Shown piece after piece: positions 19,387 to 28,794 of a DNA stretch of 64,000 bases (position 1 is the first letter of the stretch; the number at the start of each line of letters is the position of its first letter). The notes below the pieces were generated by a model that did no database searches, had not been told where the DNA came from, and was given only the letters and a program-made list of their open reading frames with translations. The stretch comes from a bacterium (GTDB taxonomy: Bacteria; UBA8248), in contig OZ241875.1 of the NCBI GenBank assembly GCA_965203325.1, forward strand, positions 832,001 through 896,000, in the 5' to 3' direction. Made by a program: the position numbers and the translations under genes.

Positions 19387-19818
19387 TCAATACCCCAAAT
19401 CCTTGGCGGGGACGTCGGAGGCCACCTGGATGACGATGCCCTCGGTCTCATCGGGGTGTAAGAAGAGGATTTCATACCCTCTGGGGGTGTAGGTGCCCGG
19501 GCCGAAGCCGTCCAGGAATTTCACGCCGCTATCCGTGAAATGCCTGCCCGCCGCTCCCGTATCGGGCGTCGAAAGCGCGATGTGCGAGAGGCAGGGGCCG
19601 CCGTTTCGCTCGAGCATCTTCGTGTAGAGGTTCTCCGGGTCGTAGGGCTGCATGATCTCGATTTCCACGTCGCCCATCCTCAGGAACGTGGCGTGCGCCC
19701 AGCCGATGTCGGCCACCTGCACGCGGTTCGGCTCGCAGCCGAGTTTTTCCTGGAACATCCTCACAGTGCGCTCCATGTCGTCCGTGATGAGGCCCACGTG
19801 ATGAATCTTCTTGAACAT
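19387..19818 (-). CDS. VOC family protein (methylmalonyl-CoA epimerase-like)
   Basis: KIHHVG, EIEIMQP, LSHIAL, FLHPDETEGIVIQ. Confidence 0.8.
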   Translation of the reverse strand: MFKKIHHVGLITDDMERTVRMFQEKLGCEPNRVQVADIGWAHATFLRMGDVEIEIMQPYDPENLYTKMLERNGGPCLSHIALSTPDTGAAGRHFTDSGVKFLDGFGPGTYTPRGYEILFLHPDETEGIVIQVASDVPAKDLGY

Positions 19819-20000
19819 TTTCATACCCCTCGAATGATGATTGCTCGTGAAAGCCGAACCACAGGGAAACAACCTTCCGAAAGATTCGGGCATAAGAGAC
19901 ACACGCGCCCTTGAATGTCAAAAAGGATGCGTCCCGACGCACCGGTTCACCCATGAAATTGTCGAAACAGTAAACGAGGAAATCCCCCGTTTTTCAGTTG

Positions 20001-20029
20001 TTGACATCGCCATAGCGAGATTCTATGAT
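20001..20029 (+). promoter_or_regulatory. Sigma70-type promoter
   Basis: TTGACA-17 bp-TATGAT upstream of ATG 20117. Confidence 0.7.
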
Positions 20030-20116
20030 TTTTCCATCGAAACCATTTCAAAGGGGCACTGGCAGCATGATTCGCAACGTCCTCATGTCATTCATCACCA
20101 CAAGGAGGAGAAATCC

Positions 20117-21403
20117 ATGAGTCGTTTGGACAGAAGAAAATTCCTGAAAGGCGCAGGCCTCATCGGCGGCATCGTGGCCGCGCAGGCGGCGCCCCCCTTC
20201 CTGAGAGAGGGACTCGGCGCCCGGCCGATCAAATGGGGTTCCATCCACCCGACGACGGGCCCCTACTCCACCGAGGCGTTCGACCAGGTGGAAGGCGTCA
20301 AGATCGCCATCGAGGACGTCAACAAGGAAGGCGGCGTGGACGGACGCGAAGTCAAACTGCTCTTCCGCGACGACCAGTTCAAATGGGATCAGACCACCAC
20401 GCACGCGCTCGACCTGATCGACAACCACAGGATCGACTTCCTCGCGGGCTCCATGGTCGGCCCCGAAGAAGTGCGCCTGAACGAGTTCTCCCGCAAGCGC
20501 AAGATCATCTATGCGAACTATCCCCAGCACATCATGTCCACCCCGGGGAACGCGAAGAAGATGTCGCCCCTGTTCTTCACGGCGAACACCACGCCGTATC
20601 AGCTTTGCGCCAGTTCGCTCACCTATATCGCCAAGAACAACCTGGGCAAGAAAATCCACTGCGTGTTCGACGACTACATCTGGCCCAAGATGTTCATCCC
20701 CGCCTTCGAGAAGCTGACGAAGGACTTCAACCTCACGTGGAACGCGAACAGCTCCGTATCGTGGGTGCCCTTCCCGACCTCGATGGACTATTCGGCGACG
20801 TTCCCGAGAATCCTGAAGGAGAAGCCCGACGTCGTCTACGCACTCAACTGGGGACAGCGCCAGGTCGCCTTCGTCAAGCAGGCTCGCGAAGCCGGTCTCG
20901 ACAAAAAGGTGAAGATCGTTCTCGGCGCCACCGAGATCACCATGCCCGAGGCCGCCGGACTCGGCTCCTATGAGGGCTTCAACGCGGCGATGATGTGGCA
21001 CCCCTCTCTCGCGAGCAAGTATCCGGCCGCCAAAACGCTGAACGACAAGTTCCTGGCGCGCCGCAAACGGCCGTGCTCGAGCTACGGAATGCTCGCCCAC
21101 GACCTCACGCGGCTGATCCTGGACACGGCGAAAGAGACCAAGCTCTACAAGCGCCGCGACCACTTCAAGCTCGCGAAGGTGCTCGAAGGCAAGAAGTTCC
21201 AGTACAGCAAGGGCGTGTGCGAGATTCGCCCCTGCGACCACGTCTGCATCTCGGAAGTGTTCGTGATGCGCGGAAAATCCAAGGCCGAGATGAAGGATAA
21301 ATTCGATCACATCGAGGTCATCGGCTCTTCGAGCGGCGAGGGCAACACCGTCTCCTGCGAGGCGAAAGGCCTGAAGGAACCCGCCAGCGAGAGAAGGGCC
21401 TAA
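20117..21403 (+). CDS. HAAT ABC substrate-binding protein with Tat signal
   Basis: AGGAGG RBS; MSRLDRRKFLKG twin-arginine leader; VNKEGGVDGREV, RDDQ. Confidence 0.88.
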   Translation: MSRLDRRKFLKGAGLIGGIVAAQAAPPFLREGLGARPIKWGSIHPTTGPYSTEAFDQVEGVKIAIEDVNKEGGVDGREVKLLFRDDQFKWDQTTTHALDLIDNHRIDFLAGSMVGPEEVRLNEFSRKRKIIYANYPQHIMSTPGNAKKMSPLFFTANTTPYQLCASSLTYIAKNNLGKKIHCVFDDYIWPKMFIPAFEKLTKDFNLTWNANSSVSWVPFPTSMDYSATFPRILKEKPDVVYALNWGQRQVAFVKQAREAGLDKKVKIVLGATEITMPEAAGLGSYEGFNAAMMWHPSLASKYPAAKTLNDKFLARRKRPCSSYGMLAHDLTRLILDTAKETKLYKRRDHFKLAKVLEGKKFQYSKGVCEIRPCDHVCISEVFVMRGKSKAEMKDKFDHIEVIGSSSGEGNTVSCEAKGLKEPASERRA

Positions 21404-21436
21404 GAAACGGCGCATCGAAACACCATCGGACGCTGA

Positions 21437-21470
21437 CCGGGGCGGCTGGATTTCAGCCGCCCCGGCTTTT
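21437..21470 (+). terminator. Rho-independent terminator-like hairpin
   Basis: CCGGGGCGGCTG-GATTT-CAGCCGCCCCGG followed by CTTTT. Confidence 0.6.
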
Positions 21471-21549
21471 CCTCACGGCGTTTGACAAAGGCGGCGTTTC
21501 ATCCTAGACATTGCACTCTTGCGACTTCCCCGTTCTCAAGGAGCGTGTT

Positions 21550-22530
21550 TTGGCAACTGGTGGTGTTGAATTCTCGGAGTTCGTCCAGCACCTGTTCCTG
21601 GGACTGGTACAGGGCTCCTTCTGGGTTCTGCTTGCTCTGGGGCTTTCGATCATATTCGGTCTTATGGGCATCATCAATTTCGGGCACGGCGCCTTCTACA
21701 TGCTGGGCGCGTACGTGGGCTTCACGGTCTCGGACCTCGTATTCTCTCCCTTTCTCGGGCCGAACGCGGGCTTCATCGTGGCCCTCGCCATGGTGCCCGT
21801 CGTCATGTTCGCCCTCGGGATGGTTTTTGAGAGATACGTCATCAGCAGAATATACAATACGGAGAACGAGCGCTTCTCGGGCGTGCTGATCATGTTCGGC
21901 ATGTCCATCTTCCTGCCGGACTTCGTGCGCCTCATCTGGGGCAGGCCGGGAAAGCCCTTCAACATCCCGCCGATGTTCCAGTTCTCGCTCTTCAAGACGG
22001 GTACGCTCGACATCACGGCCTACAGGAGCTTCACCATCATCACCGCGGCGATTCTCGTCGCCCTCCTCTGGGTACTCATCTACAAGACGAACCTGGGCAT
22101 GATGATCCGTGCGGGCACGAACAACAACACGATGGTGAAGGTGCTGGGCATCAACGTGTCGCGCATCTGGCGCCTCACGTTCGGACTGGGCATCGCACTG
22201 GCCGGATTCTCCGGCGTCATGATAGCCCCCCTGTTCGCGGTGGACGCCACGATGGGTGAACTCATACTGGTGCAGACCTTCATCGTGGTCGTCGTCGGCG
22301 GCATGGGGAGTTTCATCGGCCCCGTGATAGGCGGGCTGATCCTCGGCCAGCTATGGGCGCTCACGCCCCTGGTGGGCAGAACGCAATACGTGGTTCAGAA
22401 CTGGACGGGCACCGTGATCGGCCCCGATTTCTGGGAAAAAGCGTCCGACATCCTGCTCTTCATCGTGATGGCGGTGATCCTGCTCTTGAGACCAAGAGGG
22501 TTGTTCGGCCAGGAAGGCGCTTTTGATTAA
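21550..22530 (+). CDS. livH: HAAT ABC permease, LivH-type
   Basis: GLSIIFGLMGIINFGHG, VVVGGMGS; TTG start after AAGGAG. Confidence 0.85.
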   Translation: MATGGVEFSEFVQHLFLGLVQGSFWVLLALGLSIIFGLMGIINFGHGAFYMLGAYVGFTVSDLVFSPFLGPNAGFIVALAMVPVVMFALGMVFERYVISRIYNTENERFSGVLIMFGMSIFLPDFVRLIWGRPGKPFNIPPMFQFSLFKTGTLDITAYRSFTIITAAILVALLWVLIYKTNLGMMIRAGTNNNTMVKVLGINVSRIWRLTFGLGIALAGFSGVMIAPLFAVDATMGELILVQTFIVVVVGGMGSFIGPVIGGLILGQLWALTPLVGRTQYVVQNWTGTVIGPDFWEKASDILLFIVMAVILLLRPRGLFGQEGAFD

Positions 22531-22562
22531 GGTACCTTTGCGTCTCGGGAGAGATTTCTAAA

Positions 22563-23792
22563 GTGGACTCAGCTGCTCCAAAAAACCGATTCACCCCCAG
22601 GGAATTCTGGGCGTGGCTCTCGGAAGTCTTCGACAACTACGGCATCCTGATACTCGCGGCCATACTGGTGGTATACCCGTTCCTGTTCGACGCCCTGAAC
22701 GAATCCATCATCTGGCTCGAGGACAACGACTGGGAGGAGACCGCCGAGATCGTCGCGGAGTTCCGCGGCTTCGTGCCGAGCACGCCGCTGATGATCCAGA
22801 TTCTCATCTACACGCTCTTCGGCATCGCCTTCAACATCCTGCTCGGCAACACCGGGATGCTCAGCCTGGGCCACTGCGCCTTCTTCGGCGTGGGCGGCTA
22901 CACCGTGGGCATCATGCACGCCTGGATCAAGCCGGGCACTTACGCACCCGACTGGATGGTCAGCGCCTTCAAGGTGCTGCCCCTGGAAATCTCGCTCATC
23001 ACCTGCATCATCGTCTCGACTTTCGTCGCCTGGCTCATCGGCACCATCTGCAGCACGAAGCGCGGCGTGTACTTCGCGATGGTCACGCTCTCCATCAGCA
23101 TGATCTTCTACTACTCCGCGCAGACGTTCGACGACCTCACGGGCGGAACGGACGGGCTGGGCGGTCTCGAGAACATGCGGCTGGGCTCCATCAACCTTCG
23201 CGTGGGCATCATGGACGCGAACATCACCTATTACTTCGTCTTCATAGTGAGCGTCGTCTTCATCGCCGCCATCTGGCAGGTGCTGCGCTCGCCGTTCGGC
23301 CACGTGCTGAGAGCCGTCCGCGAGAACGAGAACCGCGCGCGCATCTGCGGCTACAACGTGGCAAAAGTGCGGCTCATGGCGTTCACGATGAGCGGGGCCA
23401 TCTCGGGGGTCGCGGGCGCGCTGGCGATCATCTACGGCGAGACGGTGCCGATCGAGAACATCCACTTCATCACCTCGGGGCAGATCGTCATCATCACCCT
23501 CTTCGGAGGGGCGGGCACCTTCCTGGGGCCGGCGGTGGGATCATTCATCTACTGGTATCTCCGGCAGTTGATGAGCGTGGAGTTCGTGAAGTATCTCGCC
23601 ATCTTCCAGTACTGGGAAGCGTGGGTGGGCGGCATCTTCGTGCTGATCGTGCTCTTCGTGCCCTCGGGCATCCTGGGCACAATCCGCAACATGACGCTCG
23701 AATACCGCGAGAAGAAATTGTTGAATCGAAAAGCCGTGGAAGAAGTTCTGGCGAAACATGCCGAGGACGAGGCGGCAACCGACACGGAATAA
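22563..23792 (+). CDS. livM: HAAT ABC permease, LivM-type
   Basis: GNTGMLSLGH, GVYFAMVTL, TGGTDG, AVRENENRA. Confidence 0.85.
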   Translation: MDSAAPKNRFTPREFWAWLSEVFDNYGILILAAILVVYPFLFDALNESIIWLEDNDWEETAEIVAEFRGFVPSTPLMIQILIYTLFGIAFNILLGNTGMLSLGHCAFFGVGGYTVGIMHAWIKPGTYAPDWMVSAFKVLPLEISLITCIIVSTFVAWLIGTICSTKRGVYFAMVTLSISMIFYYSAQTFDDLTGGTDGLGGLENMRLGSINLRVGIMDANITYYFVFIVSVVFIAAIWQVLRSPFGHVLRAVRENENRARICGYNVAKVRLMAFTMSGAISGVAGALAIIYGETVPIENIHFITSGQIVIITLFGGAGTFLGPAVGSFIYWYLRQLMSVEFVKYLAIFQYWEAWVGGIFVLIVLFVPSGILGTIRNMTLEYREKKLLNRKAVEEVLAKHAEDEAATDTE

Positions 23793-23804
23793 CGGAAAGA
23801 CAAA

Positions 23805-24539
23805 ATGCCTATCCTGGAAACGAAAAACCTGAGCAAGCACTTCGGCGCCCTCGTCGCCGTGGACGGCGTGGACTACGAGGTCGATTCGGGCGAGCTACGC
23901 TCCATCATCGGCCCTAACGGCGCGGGCAAGACGACGTTCTTCAACATGATCGCGGGCGATCTGATCCCCACCTCGGGCCAGGTCATCTTCGACGGGGCGG
24001 ACGTATCGGAAGTGCCCGCCCATGAGCGCTCCCACATGGGGATTGGCCGCACCTACCAGATAACGAACATCTTCCCCAAGCTGAGCGTGCTGGAGAACAT
24101 CCGCATCGCCGCGCAGTCGCGCAAGATGACGTTCAACCTGTGGTCGACCGTCCCCAGCCACAAGGAACTGGTCGAAAAATCGGACGGGATACTGGAGCGC
24201 ATCAACCTGACGGAAAAGCGCGACGAACTCGCCGGCACGCTCGCGCACGGCGAGCAGCGCTATCTCGAAATCGGGATCGCGCTCGCCACCGACCCCAAGC
24301 TGCTCCTGCTCGACGAGCCCACTGCGGGCATGAGCCCCGAGGAGACGATTCAGACGGGCGAGTTCATCAAGAGCCTGGCCGATCCGCTCACCATCGTGCT
24401 CGTCGAGCACGACATGGAGGTGGTGCTCGGCATTTCGGACAAGATCACCGTGCTGCACAACGGCGCCTTTCTCGCCGAGGGCACGGTGGAGGAAGTCCGC
24501 GCGAACGCAGAAGTCCAGCGCGTATACCTGAGGGAATAA
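23805..24539 (+). CDS. livG: HAAT ABC ATPase, LivG-type
   Basis: GPNGAGKTT, LAHGEQR, LLDEPTAGM, VEHDM. Confidence 0.9.
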   Translation: MPILETKNLSKHFGALVAVDGVDYEVDSGELRSIIGPNGAGKTTFFNMIAGDLIPTSGQVIFDGADVSEVPAHERSHMGIGRTYQITNIFPKLSVLENIRIAAQSRKMTFNLWSTVPSHKELVEKSDGILERINLTEKRDELAGTLAHGEQRYLEIGIALATDPKLLLLDEPTAGMSPEETIQTGEFIKSLADPLTIVLVEHDMEVVLGISDKITVLHNGAFLAEGTVEEVRANAEVQRVYLRE

Positions 24540-25243
24540 TGCTGGAAGTCGATTCCATCAACACGTTTTACGGCTTAAGCCATGTGCTCCACGACCTGAG
24601 CCTGAAAGTCGGCGAAGGCGAGGCCGTGGCCTTCCTCGGCAGGAACGGGGCGGGCAAATCCACCACCATGAAGACGATCATGGGGCTGCTCACGCCCAGC
24701 AGCGGCAATATCACCATGGAGGGAGCCGACATCACCGAGGCCGAGGCGCACACCGTCTCGCTCGCGGGTATTTCATGGATTCCCGAGGACCGCCAGGTCT
24801 TCACCAACCTCACCGTCTACGAGAACCTCAAGATCAGCCGCATCCCCATCGACGGCGCCAAGGACCTGGACTCCCATCTCGATTGGATTTTCTCCCTCTT
24901 CCCGCGTCTCAAGGAGCGCATCAACAACAAGGGCAACCAGTTGAGCGGCGGCGAGCAGCAGATGCTCACCATGGCGCGCGGCCTGGGCACCGAACCCAAG
25001 CTCATCATGGTGGACGAACCCACCGAGGGCTTGATGCCTGCCTACGTCGAGACCATCGAGAACGTGCTGGTGGAGATCCAGAAAAAAGGCATCGCCATCC
25101 TGCTCGTGGAGCAGAACTTCCGCATGGCGCTCAGCATCACCAGGCGCGCCTACCTCATTGAAAAGGGCATCATCCAGTGGGAAGGCGCCTCCGCCGACCT
25201 CCTCGAAGACCAGGAAACCCGCATGCGGTATCTCGGCGTCTAG
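24539..25243 (+). CDS. livF: HAAT ABC ATPase, LivF-type
   Basis: GRNGAGKST, LSGGEQQM, DEPTEGL, VEQN. Confidence 0.9.
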   Translation: MLEVDSINTFYGLSHVLHDLSLKVGEGEAVAFLGRNGAGKSTTMKTIMGLLTPSSGNITMEGADITEAEAHTVSLAGISWIPEDRQVFTNLTVYENLKISRIPIDGAKDLDSHLDWIFSLFPRLKERINNKGNQLSGGEQQMLTMARGLGTEPKLIMVDEPTEGLMPAYVETIENVLVEIQKKGIAILLVEQNFRMALSITRRAYLIEKGIIQWEGASADLLEDQETRMRYLGV

Positions 25244-25283
25244 GCGAGCGCAGGGCGGAACAAACCCACCGGGAAAGTATGAC

Positions 25284-25357
25284 GCAGGGACAGGCCTCCG
25301 TGCCTGTCCTTATCGCGTCCACCTCAAGGGAGGACAACCACGGGGGTTGTCCCTACG
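25284..25357. repeat. GTAG-family REP-like pair
   Basis: GCAGGGACAGGC-CTCCGT-GCCTGTCC and inverted GGACAACC-ACGGG-GGTTGTCCCTAC between convergent genes. Confidence 0.6.
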
Positions 25358-25400
25358 GCCTGCTCAGAACGAAATCGCCTGAAGACCGATACGGCGCGCC

Positions 25401-26741
25401 TCACCGCTCATCGACGAGGCGGCGGGCCTTCACGTCGCGCATCGGGTCGTGGATCACGCCGGGCGCCACGAATTCGAGTGCCGGCCGTATCATCACCGCT
25501 CCGCGCACCCGCTCCGGCAAGGAGACGCCGAGCCGCTCGCGTTCGGTTTCCTCGGCTTCGAGGCGGATGATCATCTCGTCCATCGAATCTGAATCCCCGG
25601 GCGCTGACTTGCGAATCGTGATCTGAAACTCCCTTATCGCGCGTTCTTTCGCGAGAAGGTCGATGATGATATCGGGGTTCATGAGCATGCCGCGCACCTT
25701 GAGCAGGTCGCCCGTCCGCCTCGGCAGTCGTACAATGCGCTCCCCAAGCCGCCCGCAGTGCGGACACGGCTCCCACCTGAGTGCGATGAGGTCCCCGATG
25801 AGATAGCGCAGGAACACCGTGCCCCGGCGGTGTAAGTGCGTGAGGGCGATGGCCCCCTCCTCGCCTTCGGGCATGCGCTCGCCTGTTTCGGGATTCACCA
25901 CTTCGAGCAGGTAGAGTTCGGGCACCACGTTGTGCGGCATGGCATCGTTCGCGCACTGAACGAGGCCCCCCTGCATCTCCGTCGCCGCGTAGCGCACGCG
26001 CACCTGGGGGTCATCCGCGCCGAACCAGCGCAGGTGGTCCATATACTCCTCGCGCAGGGCGTCGCTCACCGCCTCGCCCGTGGTGAGCACCATGCGCGCG
26101 CGGGGGAGCTTCGCGCCGCGCTCGCGCGCCCGCCTCAGAAAGCGGCGGACGAAACTCGGCACCCCCCAGATGACGGTGGCGCCCGAATCGGCCACCACGT
26201 CGACGGCCTCGTCGAGCGAGCGCCGCACGGGGTATTCGGGATGCGGGCTGCCCGTGAGCGCACTCACCACGGGAAGCCCCATGATTTCCGCTGAGCGCAC
26301 GCAGCAGAGGAACCCGCCCAGCGGCATGGGCGAGAGCGGGTAGAGGTTCGCGATGACGTCGCCGGCCCTTAAGCCCTCGACCTCGTTGCACACCTTCGCC
26401 TGGAGCATGATGTGGTACTGGTCGTGCGTGGTGTTGAAAAAAGGAGACGGCCGCCCGCTCGTGGTGCCCGTGGTGTAGGCCACGTTCCACATCGTGCGCT
26501 CCTCGAAGGGAAGCTCGGGCAGCCAGGCGGGGTCGAGGCTGAAATCCTCGGGCGCCGCCATGAAGTCCTCTTTTTTCGTGAGGGGGATTTTCTGGAGGTC
26601 GTCCAGTTCCTTGACCGCATCGGGGATGATGTTCGCCTCGGCGAAGCGGCGCTTGTAGAACGGGTGCGCGCGTCCGCACAGGGCGACCATGCGTCTCAGG
26701 CGTTTTCTCCTTAATTCGTGCAGCGCGTCCTGTTCGTTCAT
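25401..26741 (-). CDS. Phenylacetate-CoA ligase-like adenylating enzyme
   Basis: PLTKKED, YTTGTTSGRP, YAATE, LRYLIGD, RTGDLLKVRG. Confidence 0.85.
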   Translation of the reverse strand: MNEQDALHELRRKRLRRMVALCGRAHPFYKRRFAEANIIPDAVKELDDLQKIPLTKKEDFMAAPEDFSLDPAWLPELPFEERTMWNVAYTTGTTSGRPSPFFNTTHDQYHIMLQAKVCNEVEGLRAGDVIANLYPLSPMPLGGFLCCVRSAEIMGLPVVSALTGSPHPEYPVRRSLDEAVDVVADSGATVIWGVPSFVRRFLRRARERGAKLPRARMVLTTGEAVSDALREEYMDHLRWFGADDPQVRVRYAATEMQGGLVQCANDAMPHNVVPELYLLEVVNPETGERMPEGEEGAIALTHLHRRGTVFLRYLIGDLIALRWEPCPHCGRLGERIVRLPRRTGDLLKVRGMLMNPDIIIDLLAKERAIREFQITIRKSAPGDSDSMDEMIIRLEAEETERERLGVSLPERVRGAVMIRPALEFVAPGVIHDPMRDVKARRLVDER

Positions 26742-26762
26742 CGAATTTCGTCTCCCGCTCCC

Positions 26763-27158
26763 CTAAAAGATACCGGCCTTTCTCTGCAGCCAGCGCACGT
26801 ACCCGACGATCAGGGCCACTTCTTCGGGTTTCACGCCCGGCACGGGCGCCATGTCGCCGAACTTCCAGTGGTGGCTCTTCACTCCGCGCGAGACGGCCAT
26901 GAAGAAAGCGGCGTCCCCATGATGGGAGGGCTCGTAAATCTTGTGCACGAGCGGCGGACCGATTCGAGAACCCTTCGCTTCGGGCCCATGGCAGCGCAGG
27001 CAGTTGCGCGCGAACAGCTTCTTCCCCTGGTTGATCCGGGCCATATCCTCGGTCACGGGCACCTGCGGATGCCTCGGGGGCTCGGGTCTTTTCGTCAAAG
27101 TCACGAGCAATCCGAATCCCGCCAGGAGAAAAAGCCCCGCCGCCAACGCCCTGTTCAT
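26763..27158 (-). CDS. Monoheme cytochrome c
   Basis: Signal/TM anchor, CLRCH, GPPL, HHWKFGDM. Confidence 0.88.
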   Translation of the reverse strand: MNRALAAGLFLLAGFGLLVTLTKRPEPPRHPQVPVTEDMARINQGKKLFARNCLRCHGPEAKGSRIGPPLVHKIYEPSHHGDAAFFMAVSRGVKSHHWKFGDMAPVPGVKPEEVALIVGYVRWLQRKAGIF

Positions 27159-27267
27159 TCCCGAAAACCTCCTTAGGCGGAGACTCCTCGCGCAGAGGCG
27201 CGCGCTCCGCAGGTCACACCGCCTCTCGTAAAATATTCAAGAGAGCACCCAAAGCGGCGCAGACAGA

Positions 27268-28719
27268 TTATGTGGATTCGCGCGCCGATTTCAAACCCCG
27301 GGCGCCTATGAACCCCAGAATGTCTCCGCTCCGCGACCAGTGCAAGAACCACGCGAACAGGAGCGCGCCGCTCAGTATCTGGCCCCCGCTCACCGCCCAC
27401 CAGACGCCGCCCGCGCCCACCGCAAGCCAGAACGAGAGCAGCCAGGCGGCGGGGATCTGCACACCCCAGCGGACGACACCTTCCACCAACATGGGCGGCT
27501 TCGAGCGCGATGCGCCCTGGAACGCGCCCGCCATCACCCGGCGGACGGACTCCATCAGCAGGCCCGCGCACAGGATACGGAGCGCCATGACGGCCGTGGC
27601 GTTCCCCTCCATGCCGAAAAACGAGACGATCTCCCCCGCCCAGGCGAACAAACATACGCTCGCCGCCGTCATCAGAACGATGAGAGCGGCGACGGCGAGC
27701 CATACCGTGCGCGCCACGCGCTCCGGTTTCTCCGCGCCCAGGTTCTGGCCCACCAGCGTGCGCACCGAGCTTTGCAGTCCGAAGCTCGGCATCCGGGCGA
27801 TCATCGTCACGCGGTTGCCGATGCTCCATGCCGCCAGGGCGCTCGCGCCGAATGGGGAGAGCATCCGCACCATGAGCAAAAGGGCGCTTCGCTCGAGCAG
27901 GTTCTGCGCCATGGCGGGCCAGGCGAGGCGCGTCACGCGGGATATTTCCGCGCCACGCGGTCGCAAGTCGGCCCACCGGAGCGTGAGCCTCGATTTTCCT
28001 TTCACGATAAAGGCCAGCATCGTCAGGAAACCGCCCAGCCTCCCCACGCCGATGCCCAAGAAACTGCCCGCGAGACCCAAAGCGGGAACCGGCCCCCAGC
28101 CGAACATGAGGAGCGGGATGAAGATGAGCGTCAAGACGGTGGAGGAGACGACGCCCGCGATGGTAATGGCGGGCTCGCCGGTTCCCCTTAAAATCTGTCC
28201 GACGACGAACATGGCTTCTGCGGCGAGCAGCACGGTGAAGCCGGCGCGGATGTAGACGACGCCCAGAGCGGCGAGTTTCGGGTCGCGCGTCATGAGGTTC
28301 ATCAGCTGGGGAGCGAACCAGAGGCCCAGGAACGTGGCGATGAGGCTGAAGACGCCGACCAGGAAGATGGTCTGTCCGGCCATGACCGAGGCGCCTTGCG
28401 CGTCGCCCGCCCCCACGCGCTGGGCCACGAGCGCCTGGCCTGCGATTCTCAGCCCGAAAGGTCCCGAGCGGATGAACAACAAGGTGATGAATCCCAAGGA
28501 CGCCGCCGCCAGCGCGTCCGCCCCCAATTGACCGAGCCAGTAGATCTCGAAGATGCCGTCCAGATTGCGCAGGATGCGCTCGCCGCAAATCGGCACCGAG
28601 AGGCGCGTGATGGCCCAGCCGACCGAGCCACGGGTATAATCGTATCCGCGCGTGCTTTTTTCTTGTTTCAGGGGGCGTACCTCGACTCTAATAGAGATAC
28701 AGGAAAGCAACTCGTCCAT
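27268..28719 (-). CDS. MATE family efflux transporter (start uncertain)
   Basis: GQLGADALAA, AQRVGAGD, LRGTGE, VGQNLGA repeats; about 12 TM helices. Confidence 0.85.
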   Translation of the reverse strand: MDELLSCISIRVEVRPLKQEKSTRGYDYTRGSVGWAITRLSVPICGERILRNLDGIFEIYWLGQLGADALAAASLGFITLLFIRSGPFGLRIAGQALVAQRVGAGDAQGASVMAGQTIFLVGVFSLIATFLGLWFAPQLMNLMTRDPKLAALGVVYIRAGFTVLLAAEAMFVVGQILRGTGEPAITIAGVVSSTVLTLIFIPLLMFGWGPVPALGLAGSFLGIGVGRLGGFLTMLAFIVKGKSRLTLRWADLRPRGAEISRVTRLAWPAMAQNLLERSALLLMVRMLSPFGASALAAWSIGNRVTMIARMPSFGLQSSVRTLVGQNLGAEKPERVARTVWLAVAALIVLMTAASVCLFAWAGEIVSFFGMEGNATAVMALRILCAGLLMESVRRVMAGAFQGASRSKPPMLVEGVVRWGVQIPAAWLLSFWLAVGAGGVWWAVSGGQILSGALLFAWFLHWSRSGDILGFIGARGLKSAREST

Positions 28720-28794
28720 GATACGCTAGAGCACGCAACACGTTAAGTGAGGGAAGGATTCCATGCCGCATCCAGATTACGAGCGGTCGAAAGA

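Noticed and set aside
18814..19433. Short ORFs across repeat regions (also 31102-31353, 32869-33206, 55963-56308, 60649-61165)
   Set aside because: Translations of non-coding palindromic repeats (TPPQGG, PPYPPL); no coding support
21482..21510. Internal promoter TTGACA-17 bp-TAGACA before livH
   Set aside because: The -10 box lacks the conserved final T; not supportable without TSS data
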